A stretch of 63,933 nt of DNA, filler included, from Conidiobolus incongruus B7586 (Eukaryota), in assembly GCA_000697335.1 (NCBI GenBank). It is 7 parts of 7 records of this genome, joined end to end, with 100 filler letters (N's around TTAATTAATTAA, not from the genome) between each part and the next. Parts side by side here need not be neighbours in the genome. Positions count along the whole stretch, not along the records: positions 23,848 to 54,691 come from JNEM01006041.1; positions 54,792 to 60,514 come from JNEM01006044.1; positions 60,615 to 62,631 come from JNEM01006054.1; positions 62,732 to 63,933 come from JNEM01006095.1; 3 more parts are not named here. One strand, given 5' to 3'. A model generated the notes under the pieces. The model was not told where the DNA came from. It was given only the letters and a program-made list of their open reading frames with translations, and ran no database searches. Position numbers and translations under genes: made by a program. Below are positions 52,408 through 63,933 of the stretch, in pieces (within the stretch, counting starts at the first letter, position 1; the number at the start of each line of letters is the position of its first letter).

Positions 52408-53535
52408 ATGTATAATAGTAGGGAAGGTGCTCAGCACGGAGCCTATCAAGCTCTTCAATATCCTAACAACTATTGTTATGCCCCTATATCAAACCGAACT
52501 AATCCTGTAGGCCTCCATAACTTTTCCAACACTTCTCTTGTTACTTTGTATGGAGACTTTACATATCACGCTATTCGGACATTATTTAAAGAACACTTAA
52601 AATTTAATCAAGAGCCTTCCCTTCCGGGCTTTCAAAGTTGCAATCAAAGAGGGCTTTCATTAAGATATTTTTGTTATCGCTTCTTTAACTCAGTTAACTG
52701 TGACCACCCATCTGTGGTAATTACTACTTTACAATATTTAGAAAGAATTGTTAAATGTAGACCAAATTGGCTGGGGATTAAAACTGAAATAGATCTATTT
52801 TTAGTCAGCTTTGTATTAAGTACCAAATATTTGTTAGATGTTAATATTTTAAACTCTGTATGGTGCGATTACTTAAATATCCCTGTTAAAGAATTTAATC
52901 AGTTAGAGAGAAGCATACTTCAGTCGTTTCAACACGTTTTAACCATTGACTCTCAGCTTTATGATCATTATGCTAACCAATTCTGCAAAGCAGGCCATTG
53001 GCCTACTACCATGGCCGCTTCTTTGAGATTTAATTTGGATCAGTTTGAAGATCATCCTAATAGATTTACATTGCATCAATCTATGTTTAACATCCTTAAC
53101 AATCCACCTCATACACCTCCTAACTCTAAACGTGAGCATTTGTCACAGGAAGACACTCCTCCAGAGGAAGAGGCATTTGAAGATCCTCTTGCTTATCGTC
53201 CTCTATTTCATCTCAATCCGATTTCGGCTATGCCACAGTACTCTTCTGGATACACACAGCAAACTTCAAAATCCTTATATCCTTCTTATGATATGGATCC
53301 TACCAATTATGATATGGCCCCTATGAATATGTCACTTCAATATTCGTACTCGCATAGTGCGCTTAATCCGACATATTATTCGACAAGCTATTACCAGTCT
53401 AACACAATTAGCTTTGGTTCTACCATTCCAAGTCATCAAGGATTTAGTGTTCATGCCCATAACAGCTGGTCTATTACTCATAAGCCACCCATGATGCAAT
53501 ACTCGTATCATTATCCACCCATTCCCTATTACTAG
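52408..53535 (+). CDS. Pho80/Pcl-family cyclin
   Basis: Cyclin box LRYFCYRF..VVITTLQYLERI..LFLVSFVLSTKYLLD..NSVW..EFNQLERSIL..L. Pro/Ser/Tyr-rich tail with TPP CDK sites. Confidence 0.85.
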   Translation: MYNSREGAQHGAYQALQYPNNYCYAPISNRTNPVGLHNFSNTSLVTLYGDFTYHAIRTLFKEHLKFNQEPSLPGFQSCNQRGLSLRYFCYRFFNSVNCDHPSVVITTLQYLERIVKCRPNWLGIKTEIDLFLVSFVLSTKYLLDVNILNSVWCDYLNIPVKEFNQLERSILQSFQHVLTIDSQLYDHYANQFCKAGHWPTTMAASLRFNLDQFEDHPNRFTLHQSMFNILNNPPHTPPNSKREHLSQEDTPPEEEAFEDPLAYRPLFHLNPISAMPQYSSGYTQQTSKSLYPSYDMDPTNYDMAPMNMSLQYSYSHSALNPTYYSTSYYQSNTISFGSTIPSHQGFSVHAHNSWSITHKPPMMQYSYHYPPIPYY

Positions 53536-54791
53536 CCCAAGGATCACTCAAGCCATCATTTGTGTATTTATTCCACTTGTTTGATGATTTCAACATATTA
53601 ATTTATTATTGTTCGATTTTTCCATTTTCTCATTTATTTTACATCCACTTGGAGAAATTAATCGAGGGATATACTTTCGGCTTCTATACAAAACCCTTCC
53701 ATTCTTTTCCTGTATAATTTTTTATTTCCAAGTATTATTCAAAATAACTTCATTTCTTTTAAAATTAATATATATCATCCATTTTACATTTAAATTATTA
53801 TATATAATAAAAATATCTATTATCAGTTTTATTATAAATTTTCTATAATTGGCAATATTCCCCTCAATTTATCAATTTGATCAAATTTTGAATATTTTTT
53901 GATTCATAATTTAAGGATAAAAAAATTTTCACAGCTTTATTTCACCCAGTTTTGTCTTATAACATAATATTTAGTGATATCCATTTTCAGAAATTTAATT
54001 TAATTTAATTTATTTACTAAAATATAAAACTTTTGACTGCTAAATGAATGATAAAATATACTGAGTTTAACAATATTCCTTCAAAGTGCAACTATCAATT
54101 TATTAAATAGTTATTTAATATTATTGCTTGATGTTTAATTGAAATATAAATAAAATTAAACTTATCAATATAATTTCTAATACTTGAATTATTTTTATGT
54201 TATCACGATTGACAGTTAATCTCAAATTTTATTTCAATTTTTAGTACAGTTTAATGTTGTATTACCTATGTTCTAATAATGGTATCTGATTTGTTCATTT
54301 TAGGAAAAGTTGTTAATTATTCAACTCAGAATAGTTTGTCCAAGTAATTTTTTCCAAGTTTGATTTCAATATCAATTGGATAATTCATCTTATTATTAAT
54401 ATTTAATTATCATATTCAAATGTTAAAATTCTATTATTATATTTTAAAATTATTATATTTCTTGAGTATAATTTTTATTATTTATATTTAATAATATTAA
54501 GTTTGAATTATAAAATATAATAAAAAATTTTATTATTCCTAGAAAATTTATTAGTATTAAGCCATTTATTAATATTTAATCAAGGTTTAGATAAATTTTC
54601 AATTATAGCAAAAATATTTAAACCTTTTATATATAATTATTAAATTTATATAATAATATATTTAATATATATAATTCATATTTTTTATTCTNNNNNNNNN
54701 NNNNNNNNNNNNNNNNNNNNNNNNNNNNNNNNNNNTTAATTAATTAANNNNNNNNNNNNNNNNNNNNNNNNNNNNNNNNNNNNNNNNNNNN

Positions 54792-57700
54792 TATATTAAA
54801 AATTATATTAAATAGTGTTAATATTTTATAATATTAATAGAATATAATTGTAATTTTAAAAATAATATAAAAGTAAAAAATAATAAGAATTGAGAAGAAA
54901 AAAAAAACCTAGTTTATTAAATAATTTAATATATTTATATAATTAATTTAACTATATAAATATAAATTAATTATATAATTTATAGTTAATTAGATTATAT
55001 GAAAGTATATATAAGAATTTAAAAAATTAGTCTTTTAACACTCCCTTAATAAATTTCTTAAAGGAAATATATTCCTTAAATTTTTATAAATAGGTATAAT
55101 AAACTAAAGTATTCTTAATATTTTTTAAAGGTTCTTATATAACTTCTTTAATAAAATAACCTATCTATTTTATATAAAAATAAAATTTATTCTTAATAGA
55201 TTTAAACTTAATTATATAATTAATATAGTATTCTTCTTTTTTATCTTAATTAATAATTAAATCTAGTTTTAAAATTTTTAATCAATTAAGAAAAGTGTTA
55301 AAATCTTTAAAATATAGTTTAATTTTAAATATATAAAAGGTAAAGTTAATCCTCAAAGTTAAAAATAATTCTAAGGTAATAATTTTAAAATTTAAATCAA
55401 TAGATTAAATTTTATAGGGATTATAATATAATAGTAAATATTTGGGATTTAAGCTAGATTTAAGTAGGGTAGGTTTAAAGGTAAATTGTTCTAAGTATAC
55501 AAATATGTTAATTTTATATTTAGAAGGATTTCTAAATAACTTTAAGTATTATTATTTTATAATCCTTTAATTTTCTTCTAAATTAAATTTAACAAAGGAA
55601 TTAATATATTTGATATTAGATTAAAATTCAACAATATTGAAAGGTAAGTTAATTTAAAGTTTTAAAATAACTATTAAGTTAAGATATTTACTATAATTAA
55701 TAAAAAAGTTAAAACTTGTTGATCTATTAATAAAAATATTAAATAAATATTAAAGTTGGTAGATATAGGTATTTTAATTTAATTAATTAATGTTAATATA
55801 AGCTTTAATTATTTATTTTAAAGTTTTAATAGTTTTTTCAACAAGTTTATTAGTTTAATAATAACTAATAGTAGATATAACTAGGTTAATTTTAAAAGAA
55901 AAAGATAGTAACTTTTAAAATTAAAAGTTAAATTATATATCTCTATTAAATATAATAGTTTGTGGAATTTTATAATAGGTAAAAATATTAGAAAATAACT
56001 ATTGTATAATATTTTTAGTTATAGAAGTTTTAAAGTAAAAAATAAAATAAACATATTTAGAAAATAAATCAATTACAATTAGTAAGTTATTATAACTATT
56101 TGTTGATTTAGAGATTTCTATAAAATTAAGTTAGATTTGTTATTAAATTTTATTAGGGACTTATAAAAAAATAAGTTTATTATATTTTAGTTGAGTATTA
56201 TATTTAGTTCTTTAGCATATATTATAAGTATTAGTGTATTTCTAAACTAATTTAATTAAGGAAAGCTAGTAATACTTTATTTTAATTTTCTTAGCAGTTT
56301 TTAACTAGTTTTAATGTTTTTTAATAAGTAAATTATAGTATTCATTAAATATTATTTGTTAGATTTTAAGAATATTAAGAATATATAGATAATTATTATA
56401 ATATAGTAAGTTATTAATAATTTTAAATCTTTTAACATATTTTAATTTGTTTTCTAATAGTTTATAGAGTTTTTCTTTAACTAAAATAAAAAAATTATTA
56501 TTTAATAGTGTTTCTTAAAATAGTTTAATAAATTTTTTATTTCCTTTATTAATAATTATTAGGTTAATATTTGCTGGGTTTTTATAATTAGAATAAAAAA
56601 ATAAATATGTAAAATTTTTTAATAAAGTATCTACAATATAATTTTATTAACCTAAAAAATATTAAATAAAAAAAAGTAAGCTTAGATAATTTTAATCTAT
56701 TTAATTTATTTTTTTGATAAATACTTCTAATTATTTAAGTAAATAAGTGATTTATAATCTATAAGTGTTAAAAAAAATTATAGGATAAGAAATATAAGTG
56801 ATTTTTAATTATTTCTACTAAAGTAAAATGTTTTTATTTATAAACTAAGTATTTTAATTCAGCTAGTTCTATTTTTTTTAACCAGAATATTATTAGTTTT
56901 AAAGTAACATTTATAAAGTTAAACTTAACTTATTCTCTTTTATTTATTATTTTATTGTATAGTTATAAAATAAAATATAAATTAAATTTAAACTAAGTTA
57001 ACTATTTATTAATTATAAAAGAATTAGAGTTAATAAAAATAATGGTAGGTAGTTTTAAATTAAAAATAAATAATGTAAAAGCATTAGTAATATAGAAAAT
57101 TAAAACATTTATATAGAAAATATATAGTAGGGTTTATTTAAAAAAAAGTTTTTCTTTAAGATATTAATAAAAAAGATAGTAAATTCAATAAAAAAATCAA
57201 TGAAATTTTTAAAGTAATTTAATAATTTAAATACAAATATAAGTTAATTTTTGTTTATAAGTATAATAAAAACTTTAACACTATTGAGTTTAGTTAAATT
57301 AATATTAATTTCTTAAAAAGAAACAATATAACTATAAAAAAAAACAGAAGAGGTATTAAAGATATATTTTAATAATTTTAAAGGTAATTTATATTCTTGA
57401 ATAATTTATAAAACTTAATTAACATATTAAATATATCCTTCTTTAGTTTTTAAATAGATTAAAATATTATTAAAGTAAATAATAATGAAGTTATTAAAAA
57501 TAAAATTAAAAAGGGAATTAATAAATTAAATAAAAGTTACAAGGGTATTATATAATCTAAAGTTTATAATAATAAATTTATAGTAACTTAAAAAAGTATT
57601 AAAAATAGTTAAAAAGATAAAATTTTCTTCAACTTTAATATTATAATATTTATTCTTAATATTTAATTTAGTAAATATAATTGATTTAAGTAGTTTATCC

Positions 57701-60343
57701 CTAATATCATATAGGTTTAATAATATAATTTTATCCTTAATAGTTTTAAAGTTTAAAACATAGTTATCAATATATAATTTTTAACCACTATCAACTTTTT
57801 TTATAAAAAAGATTAAAGATTTTATAGTAAGGAAAAAAGTTTAATATATTTATTTTTAAGTAGTTTTTAGATTTTTTCTTTTAAAGTTTAATACTATTTA
57901 AGAAATAAATGGTAAGTAAATTTTAAATATAGTTATATACTAGGGAGTAATTTAATTTTATACTTAATATTATATTTAAAAGGTAATTTATCTATAGTTT
58001 TAAAAACATTAGCAAATTAACTTATTATATTATATAAAAAGTAGTTATTAAATATAACTTTATTGAAATTAACAAATAAAATATTAATAGATAAATAATA
58101 AACAAATATATATCTTTATAAATTATTAGGATTTTTAATTAGTTTTTTATATTAATTTTTATTTATAATAATAAAATTATTTGCTATAATTATAAAGTTA
58201 GTGTTAAGTATAATATTTAATAGTTTTATAATAAGGTAATATAAGTTTTTTAAGATTAATTCTATTAATTTCTTTTAGAATATAAAAAAAATAAATTTGT
58301 AGTTTTTTAGGGTAATATTCATAAATATAAAATTGTAATATTTAAACTAATTTTAACCTAGTATAAAATTATAACTAATATTACTAACTAGGAATTTAAT
58401 ATATTATAAGTAGTTAAATAATAATAATAAGTATTTAGATATAGTGTTAAATGCTTGTTTTATTAAGTTGTTAGTATATTTAATTATCAAGTTACTTTTT
58501 TAAATAAGTAAAAATAACTTTATAATAATAAAAAAAGAGATAATACAATGAAAATAACTAGAATCAATTAAAACACTAACAAGTGTATTTATAAAAGAAT
58601 TAATTAATATAAACAATAAGGTAATAATTAAAAGTAAAAAATTATAAGGTAAATTAGTTATTAGAATATTTTTAATTTTTAATAGTTTAATCAATTAAAT
58701 TTCTCTAGTATATATAATTTAATTTATAAGATTAGTAATTTATTAAAATTTTTATGGATTAAATTAGAATCTATTAACTAATTATAAAAAAAGTGATTCT
58801 AAGGTTATATTAATATTATTCAAGTTTGATTTATAGTTAATAAGTTAAGATTATTGAAAATTAAACAGATATTGTTTTCTTAAGGGGTATTTATTAACTC
58901 TATAGTTAACTTAAATTTTTCAACAATAATAACAATTTTTATTTATTCTTAAATAGGTTTTAACTTCTTTATTAAAAATTTTCTCATAAAGCTTTAAAAC
59001 AGAAATATTTATTATTTAAAACTTAAGTAAGTTAAGATAAAGTTTAAAAAATTGATTTTTAAGGTAAAAGAATTTAGTTATAAAGTAAAAAATGTTATTA
59101 ATTATAATTGCTATATCACAAATGTTAAAAAAATATATTATTAAAGTGTTTTTTACTAATTAATTAGAGTTTTATTTAAAGGTTAAGGTATTATAATAGT
59201 TTATAGATTTGTTTTTCTTTAGTAATATTTAATATGTTTAAGTATATCTTAATAAATTTCTCAATTAATTATTTTATAGAAGTTTTTTATTTAAGTTAAA
59301 AAAGTTTTTCTCTTGTTAATTAAACTTAATCTTTTAAGTAATACCTCTTTTTAAAAGCTTTTTCTAATTGTTTAAAAGTTTATATTTTTGTAGTAAGTTA
59401 TCCTCTTGAAGATTCTTTAGGATTAAGTTTGTAATAAGTTAACTACTAAATATAAACAGATTTTTCTAAAAAAAAAATAGTTAATTTAAAGATATTCTTT
59501 AAATTTTTATCTGGGATTTAATTAAAATAATCCTTTATATTTTTAAGCTAGTTTTTAAGCTTAAAGAGGTTTTTAAAACTATTATAAATAGTTAATTTAT
59601 TTTTAAAAATAATAAAGAAGTAGTTTAATATATTAATTATAATAAAGTAACTAATTTATTAGATTTAAACTCTTTGAGATATATTTTTTTCAATTAGAAA
59701 CTGTTTAATATAAGTTTTTTAAAAGGTAATAAGCTTTTAAAAACTAAAATTTTAGATTTACTTAATAATTAAGTTATTATTATCATTAAAATAATATATG
59801 GGTATCTTTTTTTAGTGGTATTATAGTATATAATGTTAAATTTAAATAAAATAAATAAATAAAATTGAAAATAATAATAATTCAGTTTAATATAGATAGT
59901 TATTAATTTTTAGTAAGTTTTTAATAATTTTATTATTTTTACTATATAAATATAGTAGTAATTAAAGTAATATAATATAGAGGAAAACTTAATATAGAAA
60001 TAATATATATAAAATATAATAATATAATATAGCCATAGTGTGAACATATAAATAAAGTTTAATTAAACTTCAAACTAGGATGAGTCACTAATATATTAAA
60101 ATTTATATTAGGTAGTGTTAATATCCTACAATATTAATAGAATATAGTTTTAATTTTAGAAATAGTGTAAAAGTAAAAAATAGTAAGAATTAAAAAGATA
60201 AAAGAAAAACCTAGTTTATTAAATAATTCAATGCTATTTATACAATTAATTTAACTATATAAGTATAAATTAATCATATAGTTTATAGTTAATTAAATTA
60301 TATAAAAATATATATAAGAAGTTAAAGAATTAGTCTCTTAACA
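54792..60343 (-). mobile_element. Ty3/Gypsy chromovirus, hypermutated (copy 2, same family as 12214-17921)
   Basis: Colinear reverse complement of copy 1. 5' LTR 59945-60343; 3' LTR from 55040 down to the gap at 54791; PPT attaagggag (55041-55050). Protease VLIDS and gag CYYC are still readable. Confidence 0.92.
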
Positions 60344-60514
60344 AAAATAATTTTAAAATAATATTTTTAAAATTTAAATTAATAAATTAAATTTTATAAG
60401 GATTATATTATAATAATATATATTTTAAATTTAAGCTAGATTTAAATAAGGTAAATTATTCTAAGTATATAAATATACTAATTTTATATATAAGAGGATT
60501 TTTAAATAATATTT
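60344..60514 (-). mobile_element. Fragment of a third, more decayed copy of the same Gypsy family (host of the nested insertion)
   Basis: Matches the post-integrase region 55361-55545 (aagctagattt..gtaaatt.ttctaagtat) and abuts the 5' LTR end of copy 2. Confidence 0.75.
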
Positions 60515-61029
60515 NNNNNNNNNNNNNNNNNNNNNNNNNNNNNNNNNNNNNNNNNNNNTTAATTAATTAANNNNNNNNNNNNNNNNNNNNNNNNNNNNNN
60601 NNNNNNNNNNNNNNTTAATAAATATAATATTTATCAAAAATAAAATTCTTTAAAAATAACTAATTTAAATAAATTTAGCATTTTTATTTATAATTTATTA
60701 AAAGATTATATAAAAAGTTTAAAAGTTATTAATTATAATATTTTATTATAAAAGCTTTAGTTTTTAATTAAATTTAGATAATTTTTATAAAATAATAATC
60801 ATTTTAGTTTTTTTTAAGTTCAAAGTAAATTTTAGGGAATATATTTCAAAATTATATTAATTTTAGTTTAACCTTAATTATATATAAAATAATTATACTC
60901 TAATCCACAAAAATAAGTAATAAAATCAAAAATATTTATATTTTTATTAATAACTTAATTAATATTTAATAAAATAAACTTAAATTAAATAATTAAAATT
61001 ATATATATTTATTAATAATATATATTATT

Positions 61030-62631
61030 AAATGATGATATTTAGTTATTAATTAATTAAGATATTAACCTTTTAACCTTATCTATAATAAATTATAAAT
61101 TTATAGGTTTTTGGTGATAAAAAAATTAAAACTTAATATATTTATCTTTAAATTTTTTAATTTCTTTAAATTTGTAAAATATAAAATAAATTAACTTTTT
61201 ATATTAAAATAGGTTAATTTTGTTTTATATTTCTTAAATATATTCCTAAAATTGATTTAAATTTTTTATTAGGGGGAAAGCTTAAATAGCTTTTTTTAAC
61301 TAATTATAAAGGTATTTAATTAGGTTAAGATTAAGAAATTAAAGAAGCTACTTTATAATTATTATCTTGTTATTTTTAAGTTATTTGGTAATAAAAGCTA
61401 TAATAAAACAAAAAGTATTATCTTATTAAAAAATAATATCAGATTTGTTTAACTTATATTATTCAATGGTTTTTTTCAATTTATTATTTAAAATATTTTA
61501 ATACATCTTAATATTAATTCCTTTATTAACTTTATAAAGATATCTTATATCTAAAGATAATATATATCCTTAAATAATAATTAACTAATTATTGTATTTT
61601 TAGGTAGAATTAACAAAATACTTATAAAATAGTTTTATATTTTTTTGAAGCATCTAGCTTTTATATTAAATTTATTAAGATATATTTTTGTTTTATTAGA
61701 TTAAATAACCTTATTTTAATTAGTTTTAATTTAATATTAGTGATTACATTTAAACTCCTACTTAACTTTATAATAGGATTTTTTTAGTTAAAGGTATTTT
61801 TTCTTAAAATATAAATGGTATTTATTCTAATATAAAATATATATATAATAATATTAGTGTTAACTAATATTTTTATATAGTTTTATAGTTCCTGTTGTAT
61901 TTTTATAATAATATTATATTTGCTTATACTAGTTAACCTATAAATATACTTTTTATTATATTTATATATAGTTTTAGTATATTTAAATTTAAGTTTAAAT
62001 ATGCTTTTATTGTTATTCTTAACAACTTTAACTATAGTAAATTAATTAACATTATTAATTCTAATAATATTATAAGTTAATTTGCTTTTTTATATAGTGT
62101 ATTATCCTAGTGCTAGAAACTAGGATAATTGTATTGAATTAAGTTGGAGTGTGGATAAGTTATAGGATTAGGATGTAGTTATATGGTGTTTTATTGGAAG
62201 TTCTTGACAAAGACTTGGAGTTAGTTTCCTTCAGATAGATAGATAGTTGGATAGATAGATAGATAGATAGTTGGATAGATGGATGAGTGAATAGATAGAT
62301 GACTGGATGAATGAATAGATAGATAGATCCCTGTTGTATTTCCCCCTTTTTGATATTAGGATAAGAATGGATCAATTTAAGGGAAAGTAGAATAAGAGAT
62401 AAATTATGGGTAAACTGATATTAAAGGTAAATATATATGGACTAATTAGGTAGATATGTGACATATAGTTAATTAATATATAAATGAATTTTTTTAGAGA
62501 GAGATTTAGGTATAATAATATTAATTGAAAGAATTTAATATATTTAAAAAATATTATATAAAATAATAATAGATAAAGAAAAAAGATATAGTTATATATA
62601 GTTAAATATATTTTTTTATCTTTTAAACCTA
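61030..62631 (-). mobile_element. Tc1/mariner (DD34E-type) transposon relic, copy A, interrupted by a solo LTR
   Basis: Minus strand reads IF[*][*]DN and tag-ctt-ctt-taa-ttt-ctt-aat-ctt-aac-cta-att-aaa, i.e. WPPQSPDLNPIE after reverting transitions. Inverted homolog of 62732-63933. Boundaries approximate. Confidence 0.7.
62098..62463. mobile_element. Solo LTR with internal (GATA)n-like tract
   Basis: TG...CA termini with a perfect 5-bp TSD TATAG (62093-62097 / 62464-62468). Absent from the homologous Tc1 copy B (empty site near 62870-62885). GATA/GATG repeats at ~62232-62328. Confidence 0.8.
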
Positions 62632-62731
62632 NNNNNNNNNNNNNNNNNNNNNNNNNNNNNNNNNNNNNNNNNNNNTTAATTAATTAANNNNNNNNNNNNN
62701 NNNNNNNNNNNNNNNNNNNNNNNNNNNNNNN

Positions 62732-63933
62732 AAATAATAAAATTTAAATATATATATCTTCTTTTTCTATTGATATATTATATATATTATAAAGGTATTA
62801 AGCTAATATTTTTAAATTAATATTATAATACTTAAATCTCTTTTGAAAAAAATTTACTTATATATCAATCAACTTTATAATGAAAATAAATCAAATGATA
62901 AAATTATTAGAATTATTAATATTAGCTAATATATTATAATTAAGGTTATTAAAAACAATATTAAAGAATTATTTAAATTAAAACTTAAATAATTTAAGTT
63001 TATAGATAAATATAATAAAAATATATTTATAGATTAATCAGTATAGATAAATATAAAATTATTATAAAAATATAATGAAAATTATAAAGTTATATAAAAA
63101 TATAAATTAATAATAATACTATTATATATATTTTATATTAGAATAGATATCAGTCATATTTCAAAAAAATATCCTTAACTAAAAAAATCCCATTATAAAA
63201 TTAAGCAAGGGTTTAAATTTCATCACTAAAATTAAATTAAAACTAATTAAAATAAGATTATTTAGTTTAATAAAACAGAGATATATTTTAATAAATCTAA
63301 TAAAAAAGCTAGATATTTTAAAAAAGATAAAGAACTACTTTATAGCTATTATGTTATTATAACCTAAAAATATAATAGTAGTTTAATTATAGTTTAAGGA
63401 TATATATATTATTTTTAAGTATAGGGTATTTTTATAAAGTTAATAAGGGAATTAATATTAAGATATATTAAAATATTTTGAATAATAAATTGAAAAAAAT
63501 TATTGAGTAATTTAAGTTAAATAAATTAAACACTATTTTTTAACAAGATAATACCTTTTGTTATGATATAAATTTTATTATTAAATAGCTAAAAAAAACA
63601 AAATAACTATTATAAAATAGTTTTTTCAATCTCTTAATTTTAATCTAATTAAATATTTTTAAAATTAATTAAAAAAATTAATTAAAGCTTTCTCCTTAAT
63701 ATAAAATTTAAATTAATCGTAAAAATATATTTAAAAAACTTAAATTAATATTAGTCTTGCTTAATATATAAAGCTAGTTGATTTTATATCTTATAAACTT
63801 AAAGAGGTTAAAAAAACAAAAGATAGATATACTAAATATTAATTTTTTTATCAATACTAAAGCTTATAAATTTATAACTCATTTATAATATATTGTTAAT
63901 TTTAATATATTAATTAATAATTAATTAAATTAA
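62732..63933 (+). mobile_element. Tc1/mariner transposon relic, copy B
   Basis: Decayed I[W][S][D][E]TE (63260-63280), IF[Q]QDN (63535-63552) and [WPP]QS[PD][L]N[P]I[E] (63618-63653). Confidence 0.72.

Overview
Very AT-rich eukaryotic scaffold with short GT-AG introns. Gene content is fungal, and the style suggests an early-diverging fungus such as a Conidiobolus-like Entomophthoromycotina (inference, not proven). Six 100-nt placeholder gaps (N..ttaattaattaa..N) join the contigs. Intact genes: an ER thioredoxin/PDI-like protein, methylmalonate-semialdehyde dehydrogenase, IMPDH, a 51-aa four-cysteine microprotein, PAB1 (partial), a >1000-aa protein built from an unrecognised ~104-aa repeat, MTQ2 (partial), ERG26, tRNA-Arg(UCG), two tandem stand-alone MIR-domain genes, a zinc-ribbon/PH protein, PA2G4/Cdb4, a Crz1-like C2H2 factor, a PPR protein and a Pho80/Pcl cyclin. 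The most striking signal is RIP-like C->T/G->A hypermutation. It has erased two near-complete chromoviral Ty3/Gypsy elements and two Tc1/mariner copies. It also appears to have inactivated several host-gene copies (DHHC palmitoyltransferase, ING PHD protein, tRNA-binding OB protein), next to a decaying DNMT2 gene. A CpG-rich solo LTR and the MIR duplicates escaped it.
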